Assembly (NCBI GenBank): GCA_943359335.1
Contig: CALRHC010000003.1
Span: forward strand, 1 to 62,697
DNA: 62,697 nucleotides
From: Candidatus Yanofskybacteria bacterium
GTDB lineage: Bacteria; Patescibacteriota; Minisyncoccia; JACQLN01
Direction of reading: 5' to 3'
Both the position numbers and the translations under genes were made by a program. How positions within the stretch are numbered: the stretch's first letter is position 1; every line of letters starts with the position of its first letter. Below, piece after piece: positions 19,851-28,321 of the stretch. The notes beneath the pieces are model-generated. The model did no database searches. It was not told where the DNA came from and saw only the letters and a list, made by a program, of their open reading frames with translations.

Positions 19851-20789
19851 ATGAAGATAGTTTTTGCAGGGACAAGTGAATTTGCCGTACCCATATTAAA
19901 AGTCATAACTTCTCAAACAAATTGGGATGTTTCTTTGGTTGTTTCCGAACCTGCCAAGCCTTCTGGTAGAAAAAATCTGTTAGTAGACTCCCCTGTCTCT
20001 AAGCTTGCCAAAGAATTAAATTTAAATTTACTAACACCAAATTCTATTAAAGATATTAAAGAAGATATTTTTAAATTAAACGCTGATGTTTTAATAGTTG
20101 TTTCTTACGGGCAAATTTTGCCAAAAGAAATTATTAATTTGCCTAAATACAAAACTATTAACATTCATCCTTCGCTTTTACCGCTCTTGCGCGGGGCTTC
20201 GCCTATCCAAACAGCTTTAAAAGAAGGTTTAACCGAAACTGGTGTTTCTATAATGTTAATAGACGAAAAAATGGATCATGGCCCAATAATTTCACAGGAG
20301 GTTTTTTTAATTAACGAGAAAGAAAATTATTTAACACTCGAATTTCAGTTGGCTCAAATAGCTTCACGTATGCTTATTCGTGATTTACCCGAATATTTTT
20401 TTGGCGAGATTAAACCCCAAGAACAAAACCATGCTGAAGCTACATATACTAAATTAATTAAAAAAGAAGATGGTTTAGTTAATTGGTCAAAGTCGGCTAG
20501 CGAAACATACAACCAATGGCGAGCCTATATAAACTGGCCAAGTGTTTATACATTTTTTAAAGATAAAACTAATACAAAGTCTCGGCTCAAACTTATAGAA
20601 ATAGAAGTTACAAATATAAATCAAAAACCTGTTGGCCAAGTGTTTACAGATGAATCTAAAAATATCTATATTGCCTGTAGTGAAGGTTCTATTAAACTAA
20701 TCAGAGTCCAGCCCGAAAATTCTAAAGTTATATCTGCGAGTGAATTTTTAAATGGCTATAAAGATATTATCGGCCAAGATTTAAATTAA
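19851..20789 (+). CDS. fmt: Methionyl-tRNA formyltransferase
   Basis: MKIVFAGT, INIHPSLLPLLRGASPIQ, MDHGPI; start moved to ATG 19851. Confidence 0.95.
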   Translation: MKIVFAGTSEFAVPILKVITSQTNWDVSLVVSEPAKPSGRKNLLVDSPVSKLAKELNLNLLTPNSIKDIKEDIFKLNADVLIVVSYGQILPKEIINLPKYKTINIHPSLLPLLRGASPIQTALKEGLTETGVSIMLIDEKMDHGPIISQEVFLINEKENYLTLEFQLAQIASRMLIRDLPEYFFGEIKPQEQNHAEATYTKLIKKEDGLVNWSKSASETYNQWRAYINWPSVYTFFKDKTNTKSRLKLIEIEVTNINQKPVGQVFTDESKNIYIACSEGSIKLIRVQPENSKVISASEFLNGYKDIIGQDLN

Positions 20790-21580
20790 TGATGCTTCCT
20801 AAAGATAGAGGTTAAAACAAAAGTTAAAAAGAAAATTCCGGCGCTAACCAAAATTATAGTTGGTCCCGGTGGAGACTGCAGAGTTGTTGTTGTAACCAAT
20901 CCTAATAGAACCGATAGTAAGCCAAAAATCATACTCCAACCCGTCATTGTGCGAATCTGAAAGCTAAATAATTTAGCAGTAGCTGCAGGGATTATTATTA
21001 AAGCACTTATTAACAAGGTTCCAACCAATTTAATTCCCATAGCCACTCCAAGGGAAAGAAGTAATACGAAAACCATTTCGTATTTTTTTACGTTTATTTT
21101 ATCTACTTTAGCTAGATCTGGTGCAAAAGATGTAAATGCAAAACTTCTAAATTTAACGAGCAAAGTAATAATTATTAATGCAGCAAGAACAGTAGACAAT
21201 AAAACATCGCCCCTTGTTAGATTCTCTACCCCGCCTAAAAATGTTTCTAAAAGTTCTTCGGAAGGTATTAACAACGAACCTAAAGCCAAAGATGTTGTAA
21301 AGAAAACTCCTATAATTGCATCTAGTCCTAAATTGGCTTTGCCTTTTAAATAAGAAATAACAAGCCCTGCAAGTAGTGCAAAAACCAGTATACCTAACAG
21401 CGCATTTATTTTAAATGTTATGGAGAGTGCTATGCCAAGAAGAATAATATGGGCCACAGCATCGGAAAGTAAAGCTTCGCGGCGTAGTATTACAAAAACA
21501 CCTATCAATGGCAGCGAAAGCCCTAGTGATAAGCTTATTAGTATTGGATAAATATTATTTAATAATTCTAGCCAGTTCAT
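20786..21580 (-). CDS. Zn/Mn ABC transporter permease (ZnuB-like)
   Basis: SDAVAH, LVGTLLISALIIIPAATA, PPGPTII. Confidence 0.9.
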   Translation of the reverse strand: MNWLELLNNIYPILISLSLGLSLPLIGVFVILRREALLSDAVAHIILLGIALSITFKINALLGILVFALLAGLVISYLKGKANLGLDAIIGVFFTTSLALGSLLIPSEELLETFLGGVENLTRGDVLLSTVLAALIIITLLVKFRSFAFTSFAPDLAKVDKINVKKYEMVFVLLLSLGVAMGIKLVGTLLISALIIIPAATAKLFSFQIRTMTGWSMIFGLLSVLLGLVTTTTLQSPPGPTIILVSAGIFFLTFVLTSIFRKHH

Positions 21581-21656
21581 AAAAAATCTTGTATCTTATA
21601 TCTTGAAGCTTATAACCTAAATTCAAAGAGTTGCGAGTTTCAGGTTACAAGATTCA

Positions 21657-22397
21657 TTATTGATGATCATGTTCTAGGTTGTTTATATGCCTATGAACAG
21701 AAGCATGGTGCCCAAAAACTTCTTGTAATGTTTCCGGTGTTAAAGCCTCTTGTGGTGTTCCTTGGCAAACTAAATCTTTATTTAAACAAACAACCTTAGT
21801 AGCAAAGCGATATACAACAGAAAGTTCGTGAGAAACCATAACCATAGTTAAACCAAGCTTTTTATATAAATCATAAAGTAAATTATAAACAGTTTCTTCG
21901 GTGCTAATATCTATTCCAGCTGCTGGTTCATCAAAAAAAATTATTTTAGGATTTTCTAATAAGCTTCGGGCAATAAGCATTCTTTGCATCTCGCCTTGCG
22001 AAAGATCGCCCAACCTTTCGTTTAGCAGGTGACCTATTTTAACATCGTCTAGTCTTTGCTTTATTTCATCTTCCTTTTTTTTGTTGGGGAACCAAAAATT
22101 TAAATCGTTACCTATTTCAAACAAAAAAAATTCTTTAACTGTTAGAGGAAAACCTTTTTCAAAAGACATTTTTTGAGGCACGTAACTTGTTTCTAGTTTT
22201 TTATGCCAAACAATGTCGCCTGTATAGTTGTCGTTTAATCCTAAAATACTGCGAATAAGTATTGTTTTGCCGGCACCATTAGGGCCAATAATAGCTAAAA
22301 TATCGCCTTCGGAAATATCGAAGGAGACATTTTTTAAAATTTGTTTTTTACCAAAACCAAAACCTAAGTTTTTTACGCTTATTATTTTTTCGGCCAT
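21657..22397 (-). CDS. Zn/Mn ABC transporter ATPase (ZnuC-like)
   Basis: GPNGAGKT, LSQGE, DEP, His-rich tail. Confidence 0.9.
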   Translation of the reverse strand: MAEKIISVKNLGFGFGKKQILKNVSFDISEGDILAIIGPNGAGKTILIRSILGLNDNYTGDIVWHKKLETSYVPQKMSFEKGFPLTVKEFFLFEIGNDLNFWFPNKKKEDEIKQRLDDVKIGHLLNERLGDLSQGEMQRMLIARSLLENPKIIFFDEPAAGIDISTEETVYNLLYDLYKKLGLTMVMVSHELSVVYRFATKVVCLNKDLVCQGTPQEALTPETLQEVFGHHASVHRHINNLEHDHQ

Positions 22398-22409
22398 TGA
22401 TCGTTAAAA

Positions 22410-23021
22410 TTACTGGAACTTTAATGTGTCGGCTACTAAGTTATGGAAGGATCTTTTTTCAAAATTTAAGGTCTCGGAGGCTATAAAATCTGTTTGTAAT
22501 TGTACTACAGATTTACCTTTTAATACATAAGTAATTATAGAGGTTGTTTTTTCTCCTGCAGAGTATTCTTCGCGCCTAATTGCGCCATTTCCATCTATGG
22601 TTATTTTTTCTTCTTTTATTAGATAGAAGCTATTGTTTTTAGCGTTGGCTGTATCTATATCTTTAAGTATGGATTCCACGTCTGTGTATTTTTCTGTTTC
22701 TCTGGCTAACACTTTTAAAATAGTTTTTTGATCTGGACTTTCTACATATAAATTTTCTTCACCCACAAAACCTCCGCCATAGGTTACTCGCCAACCAAAG
22801 GGATATTTAATTTGAAAAAGATTATTTGTTTTTGTTTGGTATAAATACCAGCCAAAAGTTGGATCTTGAACAATACTAGCTGCTTCAGTTTCTATAGGCT
22901 TTGGTTCTTCTTTATAATAAAGAAAAAAAGCACCGGCAAAAACTGCGGCAATAATTATTGCTATTGGAGAAATGCTATTTTCTACTGTTTTTATTTTTTT
23001 TCTCATATCTATAAAGTCCAT
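22410..23021 (-). CDS. Single-TM exported hypothetical protein (PsbP-like fold possible)
   Basis: N-terminal TM helix, FQIKYPFGW motif. Confidence 0.65.
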   Translation of the reverse strand: MDFIDMRKKIKTVENSISPIAIIIAAVFAGAFFLYYKEEPKPIETEAASIVQDPTFGWYLYQTKTNNLFQIKYPFGWRVTYGGGFVGEENLYVESPDQKTILKVLARETEKYTDVESILKDIDTANAKNNSFYLIKEEKITIDGNGAIRREEYSAGEKTTSIITYVLKGKSVVQLQTDFIASETLNFEKRSFHNLVADTLKFQ

Positions 23022-23386
23022 TCACCAGGCCCGTACATGGCAATTAATAAAGCTAAGGCCAGTAAAGATAGATCTAGTTCGTATCCCCCAACCCATTTAT
23101 CTTTGTTAGAAATTTTTCTAACAAAAGTTGCCACCAACATATTAAAAACAATAAGCAGCGCTGGAAGTTGTGTATACACGCCCAAAAGAATGGCGATTCC
23201 GCCAAAAAATTCAACTACAGCTACTATTACAGACATTAGTTCTGGCGCAGGAAAACGCATGCTTTTAAGCCACGGCGCCATACCCATAGGCTTTTTTATT
23301 TTTGGCCAACCATGCAAAATAAACGTTATGCCTAGCACGAATCTAGCAGTAAAAAGCAATAAGTTCTGATAATCAAATAAATCCAT
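23009..23386 (-). CDS. DoxX-family membrane protein
   Basis: RFVLGITFILHGWPK, VEFFGGIAILLG, GGYELDL. Confidence 0.9.
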   Translation of the reverse strand: MDLFDYQNLLLFTARFVLGITFILHGWPKIKKPMGMAPWLKSMRFPAPELMSVIVAVVEFFGGIAILLGVYTQLPALLIVFNMLVATFVRKISNKDKWVGGYELDLSLLALALLIAMYGPGEWTL

Positions 23387-23647
23387 TTGTTTCAGGGATT
23401 CTATAACATTTTACCTGTTCTGGCAACCTAGAAGTATAGTTTTGTTAAGTTGCCTAAACTAATGGTATTTTCCATATTTTGTCTACAAAATTAAATTTAT
23501 TTATTAAATCTCCTATGTTTCTAAGTTTAATTTCGTTATTATAGTGTGTAGTGGGTTTATAATTTTTTTTGCAGTAGATATATTTGTAGCATTAGATACA
23601 ATACTGTAGGCTGTTGATGATACTAGGTTTAAGGTATTTTTTAATAA

Positions 23648-23858
23648 TATGGAACATCAAGTCTTATACAGAAAATATCATTCCGTCGCGCCAGCGATGG
23701 CGCTCTTTAGAAACCCACGGTTTCTAACACTCGCTTCGCTCGCTATTTTCCTCCGCGGGGAAACTACAGTTTCCCCGACCCCTTTCGGCGAGGACGATAT
23801 TTTCTTTTTTAATTTTTAATTATGGAACATCAAGTATTATATAGAAAATATCGTCCTC
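23648..23858 (+). repeat. Structured insertion flanked by a 32-bp direct repeat of the dnaX 5' end
   Basis: 23648-23679 vs 23821-23852 (30/32); internal hairpins; 16-nt arm 23790-23805 complementary to 23843-23858. Confidence 0.9.
23649..23819 (+). CDS. Possible 56-aa leader ORF beginning with the DnaX N-terminal MEHQVLYRKY
   Basis: Open frame ATG 23649 to TAA 23817-23819, ending 2 nt before the dnaX ATG. Confidence 0.35.
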   Translation: MEHQVLYRKYHSVAPAMALFRNPRFLTLASLAIFLRGETTVSPTPFGEDDIFFFNF

Positions 23859-25369
23859 AAACATTTGCCGAAATAGCTGGGCAAGAACACGTGGTTAAAA
23901 CTCTAAAGAATTCTTTAGCAAGCAATAAAATTGCGCATGCTTATCTTTTTGCTGGTCCTAGAGGCAGTGGTAAAACAACCATTGCTCGTTTAATGGCCAA
24001 GGCTTTAAATTGCACGGAGGCGGATGGTTTTAAAAGACCGTGTAACAAATGCGAAAACTGTTTGAGTTTTAACGAAGGTAAGTTTTTAGATCTTATAGAA
24101 ATAGATGCCGCGTCTAACCGTGGAATAGACGAAATTCGCAGTTTACGCGAAAACGTTCGCTTTGGGCCAAGTACTGGTAAATATAAAGTTTATTTAATAG
24201 ACGAGGCCCATATGATAACCAAAGACGCTTTTAACGCTTTTTTAAAAACTTTAGAAGAACCACCGGCATATGCTGTTTTTATTTTAGCCACCACCGAAGC
24301 CCATCGGCTATTACCTACTATAGTTTCTCGTACACAACGCTTCGATTTTAAAAGATTATCTATTAACGAACTTACATCTAGGCTTTCGGAACTCGCCAAA
24401 AAAGAAAAGGTAGAAATAGATGCTGAAGCTTTAAAACTTATTGCACACGAAGCCGATGGCGCCGCTCGTGATGCTGAAGGTTTGTTGGGGCAAATTATTG
24501 CCACCGGCGAGAAAAAAATAACTTTAGAAAATGCCGAAGAACTTTTGGGTTTGTTTTCGCACCGAAAAATTAAGGAATTAGTTTCTTTGGCTTTAGCCAA
24601 AGACCAAGCTGGTGCTTTAAATTGGTTACATAATACTGTTAATGCCGGTTACGATGTTAACCAACTTTTGAAATCTTTAAATCATTATGTTAGAAAACTT
24701 ATAATGATTTCTGTTTCGCCTCAATTAGCCGAAACAGCCAAAGCCGATCTAGCCGAAGAAGATTTTAAACATATGGCGGAGCTAGCTAAAAAAGCACCAA
24801 CTGCAGAACTGGCTAATTGGCTACATGTTTTTTCGCAAGCTAAAAACAATTTTAATAATTATCCTTTACCGCAGATGGCGTTAGAAGTGGCGTTTATTAA
24901 TTTGCTTTCGAATAAAGAATTAGGAATTAAGAATTATGAAAATGCAGAAGGAGTTAAGAATCAAGAATCAAGAATTAAGACAGAAGAAAAAATAATATCT
25001 AAACCAAGCATAGAAAAACCTGTTCTTAATTCATCATTCGTAATTCATAATTCAACTCCTGAAAAACCAAAAGAAATTTCTGTTGTTTCAGAATCAAAAG
25101 ATAATATTTCGGACGCAAATATTTTAGAGTTAGTTAAATCCAAATGGCAAGAAGTAATTACCGAGGTAAGACCTCATAATCATTCTCTCTCTGGGTTTTT
25201 AATGGGCATGAAACCAAAAGAAGCTTCGTCTGCGGTACTCACGCTAAGTACTAAGTATTCTTTTCACAAGGATCGTTTAAGTGAACACAAAAATAAAAAG
25301 ATAATAGAAGACGCGGTAGAAAAAGTTTCCGGCTACAAACTTTCGTTAAATTGTGTTTTGGAAAAATAA
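23822..25369 (+). CDS. dnaX: DNA polymerase III subunit gamma/tau
   Basis: LYRKYRPQTF, GPRGSGKT, EIDAASNRG, IDEAHM, KTLEEPP. Confidence 0.97.
   Translation: MEHQVLYRKYRPQTFAEIAGQEHVVKTLKNSLASNKIAHAYLFAGPRGSGKTTIARLMAKALNCTEADGFKRPCNKCENCLSFNEGKFLDLIEIDAASNRGIDEIRSLRENVRFGPSTGKYKVYLIDEAHMITKDAFNAFLKTLEEPPAYAVFILATTEAHRLLPTIVSRTQRFDFKRLSINELTSRLSELAKKEKVEIDAEALKLIAHEADGAARDAEGLLGQIIATGEKKITLENAEELLGLFSHRKIKELVSLALAKDQAGALNWLHNTVNAGYDVNQLLKSLNHYVRKLIMISVSPQLAETAKADLAEEDFKHMAELAKKAPTAELANWLHVFSQAKNNFNNYPLPQMALEVAFINLLSNKELGIKNYENAEGVKNQESRIKTEEKIISKPSIEKPVLNSSFVIHNSTPEKPKEISVVSESKDNISDANILELVKSKWQEVITEVRPHNHSLSGFLMGMKPKEASSAVLTLSTKYSFHKDRLSEHKNKKIIEDAVEKVSGYKLSLNCVLEK
24917..25054. repeat. In-frame heptamer (GAATYAR-like) repeats with an inverted second arm inside dnaX
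   Basis: GAATTAG/GAATTAA/GAATTAT 24917-24937; GAGTTAA/GAATCAA/GAATCAA/GAATTAA 24951-24978; inverted TTAATTC 25026, TAATTCA 25041 and 25048. Confidence 0.75.
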
Positions 25370-25428
25370 CACCCTTACATTCTCCCTTCTTCGCATAAAG
25401 CTACGGAAGGGCAAGCAAGTTTGTAAGT
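25369..25428. repeat. Nested palindromic element downstream of dnaX
   Basis: CTTACA...GTTTGTAAG outer arms enclosing CCCTTC-TTCGCATAAAGCTACG-GAAGGG hairpin (25384-25411). Confidence 0.55.
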
Positions 25429-25454
25429 ATGAGTTTATTGTGGTTTAAATGATA

Positions 25455-25474
25455 CCCCGTCCGTAAGGGCGGGG
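25455..25474. terminator. GC-rich hairpin between convergent dnaX and obgE (terminator or IS200/IS605-end-like)
   Basis: CCCCGTCC-GTAA-GGGCGGGG. Confidence 0.5.
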
Positions 25475-25478
25475 AGTT

Positions 25479-26516
25479 TCATTTAGTTTCGTCAATTTTT
25501 CTTTGAGCGGCTTCTTTGGCTTTTCTTTCCTTTTCTTCCTTAGCCAATAAAAATAATTTTTCGTCTTGAATTTTGTTTAGAATCTTTTTTACTTCTTCCA
25601 TGCTATCCCAGTTGTGTATAGAAATAGCCACAACGTTTTTGTTTATTTTTTTTATGGCAGTAAGTTTCTTTTTTAGTTCGGCAGGTGTAACTAAATCGGT
25701 TTTAGTTAAAAATAAATATTCTTGTTTGCTAGCTAAACTTTCAGCGTAAGTTTTAAGTTCGTTTCGAATAACCTTATAGTCGTGGGCAATATTTTCGGAT
25801 TCAGCCGAGATTAAGTGAAACAAAATTTTTGTGCGTTCGATATGGCGCAAAAACTTTATTCCCAATCCCTTACCACCCGAAGCCCCTTCTATAATACCTG
25901 GAATATCTGCCAAAATAAGTTCGTAATAAGCACCCAAGCTTGGTTCTAAGGTTGTAAATGGGTAGTTAGCAACTTTGCTATTGGCCCGTGTAACTTCGTT
26001 TATTAAACTAGATTTTCCAGCGTTAGGTAAACCTAACAAACCAACATCAGCAATAAGCTTTAGTTCTAAGCGTATTCTAAAACCTTCCCCTGGTGTACCT
26101 TTTTGAAACTGCATCGGCGAAGTATTGGTAGAGGATCTAAATTTAAAATTTCCCCAGCCACCCTTACCACCTTTAGCAGCTAAAACTTGCTCACCTATTT
26201 TTGTAATTTCGGTGCTTTCGTTTGTATCTAAATTTGTAATAACAGTGCCAATTGGAATTTTTAAAATTGTATCTTCGGTGTCGGCGCCATCGTTATTTTG
26301 ACCTTTACCGTTTTCACCATTTTTAGTTTTTATTTCTTTTTTGTATCTAAATTGAGCTAAAGCATTCAAGTTGGAAATGCCTTCAAAATAAATACTTCCA
26401 CCTTTGCCACCGTCGCCACCAACAGGCCCTAAGCTTTTCATATTTTTATTAAAAGCTACGGCGCCTCTACCGCCGTTACCTGCTTCGATTCTAATTTTTA
26501 CATCGTCTATTAACAT
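25479..26516 (-). CDS. obgE: GTPase ObgE/CgtA
   Basis: GGDGGKGG Obg fold, LELKLIADVGLLGLPNAGKSSL, YPFTTL, DIPG. Confidence 0.97.
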   Translation of the reverse strand: MLIDDVKIRIEAGNGGRGAVAFNKNMKSLGPVGGDGGKGGSIYFEGISNLNALAQFRYKKEIKTKNGENGKGQNNDGADTEDTILKIPIGTVITNLDTNESTEITKIGEQVLAAKGGKGGWGNFKFRSSTNTSPMQFQKGTPGEGFRIRLELKLIADVGLLGLPNAGKSSLINEVTRANSKVANYPFTTLEPSLGAYYELILADIPGIIEGASGGKGLGIKFLRHIERTKILFHLISAESENIAHDYKVIRNELKTYAESLASKQEYLFLTKTDLVTPAELKKKLTAIKKINKNVVAISIHNWDSMEEVKKILNKIQDEKLFLLAKEEKERKAKEAAQRKIDETK

Positions 26517-26531
26517 TGTTTTTGTTGTAAA

Positions 26532-26706
26532 AAAATATTATTCCTCACAGACGACGCGGAGCCTCTTTATTTATAAAATAGTCTTCTCCGCGATGCTGTT
26601 CAGAATAATATTTTCGAACTTCCAAGAATATCGCTTCTTGTAGCATTCACGGAGATGACCGAATGTATAATTGAGAGGACTCCGTGTCGCTACAAGAAGC
26701 GATATT
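26532..26706. repeat. Inverted pair of long REP-like hairpins
   Basis: 12-bp stem 26532-26543/26603-26614 with inner 7 bp; 18-bp stem 26627-26644/26689-26706 with inner 7 bp; cores are inverted homologues. Confidence 0.8.
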
Positions 26707-26716
26707 AAATAATAAA

Positions 26717-27925
26717 TTAATCGATAAAGGTTAAAGCTTTACCCATTTTGTCGCCACGTCCTGTTCGGCCAATTCTGTGTACATAGTCTTCGTATGTATT
26801 AGGTAGGTCGAAGTTAATAACGTGAGAAACATCTGGAATGTCTAAACCTCTGGCTGCTACGTCTGTAGCCACTAGCACCTGTACGCGATTATTTTTAAAA
26901 GCGGTAAGTGCGCGTTGTCTGCCTGAGTGGTTTTTATCTCCATGAATGGAATCTGCTTTAAATCCTCTTTCAGCTAAGGCTTTAGAAAGTTTTTCTACAC
27001 CATGTTTGGTGCGTCCAAAAACTAGAACCTTGTTAAATTCTTTTTGTATAAGTAATTCGTGTAAAACCTCTATTTTATTTTTTCCTCCGCCAATTTTTAC
27101 TACGTCTTGGTCAACGTTTTTAGCGGTGTCTCGTGTTTTAACGGAAATACGTACTGGGTCTTTTAAGAATTCGTGTATAAGGCGTTCAATTTCTGGTGAA
27201 AGTGTGGCCGAAAAGAAAAGCGTGTGCCTGTCTTTCGGCATACCAGCCATAACGAAACGCATATCGTGTATAAAACCCATATCTAACATCCTATCGGCCT
27301 CGTCTAAAACGATTGTTTTAAATTCGTTTAAGCGAATCATTCTGCGTTCTATAAGATCCTTCAATCTACCTGGCGTACCAATTATAAAATGGTTACGAAG
27401 TTTAAGTTCGGAAATTTGGCGGCTAACACTCATACCACCAACACAGCAAACAGAAAACATTTGTAAGCCTTTAACTAAAGACTTAAATTCGGAATCTATT
27501 TGAATCGCGAGTTCACGAGTAGGCACAACAACTAAAACTTTATCGTTGTTATTGGCCAAATAAACTTTGTTTATTAAAGGAATTAAAAATGCAGCGGTTT
27601 TACCAGTTCCGGTATTGGCTATACCAACAACATCTTTACCTTCCAAAATAAGTGGAATGGTTTGATCTTGTATAGGTGTTGGTAATTTATAACCTTTATT
27701 TAATACGTTGCTTTTTAGTTTATGATCTATTTCAAAACTTTGAAACTTGTGTTCGGGCGTATATTCTACGTTTTCTACAGCGGTTACGGCTTTGCTAATA
27801 AACTTAGCTGGGTTTATATATTGACCTATTTGACCGTTGCCTCGTCTATTCGGAGGACGGCTGGTATTATTAAACCTTCTAACAGGAAAAGGCCTTCTAG
27901 GGCCTCTATTACTGAAGCTTCTCAT
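26717..27925 (-). CDS. DEAD-box RNA helicase
   Basis: PTPIQ, ANTGTGKT, PTRELA, DEADRM, SAT, HRIGRTGR. Confidence 0.97.
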   Translation of the reverse strand: MRSFSNRGPRRPFPVRRFNNTSRPPNRRGNGQIGQYINPAKFISKAVTAVENVEYTPEHKFQSFEIDHKLKSNVLNKGYKLPTPIQDQTIPLILEGKDVVGIANTGTGKTAAFLIPLINKVYLANNNDKVLVVVPTRELAIQIDSEFKSLVKGLQMFSVCCVGGMSVSRQISELKLRNHFIIGTPGRLKDLIERRMIRLNEFKTIVLDEADRMLDMGFIHDMRFVMAGMPKDRHTLFFSATLSPEIERLIHEFLKDPVRISVKTRDTAKNVDQDVVKIGGGKNKIEVLHELLIQKEFNKVLVFGRTKHGVEKLSKALAERGFKADSIHGDKNHSGRQRALTAFKNNRVQVLVATDVAARGLDIPDVSHVINFDLPNTYEDYVHRIGRTGRGDKMGKALTFID

Positions 27926-28052
27926 ATAATGCTTTGGGCCTCATGAGTTTCCAGACAAAAGCCCTTAAGCTTATATTTTTAGGTATTATTCTGCGTATTT
28001 GCAGTAACGCCTCTAAACGTCAAAAACCGATGAGATATTAAATTATTTACCT

Positions 28053-28081
28053 ATTATATACCAAAGGGGTTTCTGTGTCAA
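28053..28081 (-). promoter_or_regulatory. Perfect-consensus sigma70 promoter of the DEAD-box gene
   Basis: TTGACA-17bp-TATAAT on the minus strand, about 120 nt upstream of the ATG. Confidence 0.85.
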
Positions 28082-28099
28082 CTATGGGCTAGAATGGCT

Positions 28100-28318
28100 C
28101 TAAAGCTTGCTTATTTCGTTAAGGTCTTTGTCTGGGGCATAAAGAATAATAAGGCCCAAAACAATGCCTCCAATAGCACTTATGGCGTGGTTGCCATTGG
28201 CAAACAGTATGTCTATTTCGTCTAATGCATACCAAACACCTCGCCAGATAAGCACTAAGCCAATAACAATAGATAAGTTTCTGGCAAAATAAGATATTAT
28301 ATTTTTATTTTTCTTCAT
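28100..28318 (-). CDS. Small 2-TM membrane protein
   Basis: 72 aa, LVLIWRGVWYALD motif. Confidence 0.75.
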   Translation of the reverse strand: MKKNKNIISYFARNLSIVIGLVLIWRGVWYALDEIDILFANGNHAISAIGGIVLGLIILYAPDKDLNEISKL

Positions 28319-28321
28319 ATT

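Noticed and set aside
23400-23640. Possible decayed ORF between the DoxX gene and the dnaX element
   Set aside because: Reading frames are interrupted by stops and show no recognisable motif.
24398-24404. AAAAAAG in dnaX as a gamma/tau -1 frameshift site
   Set aside because: Wrong phase (AAA AAA G rather than A AAA AAG) and located inside the AAA+ core at about codon 193.
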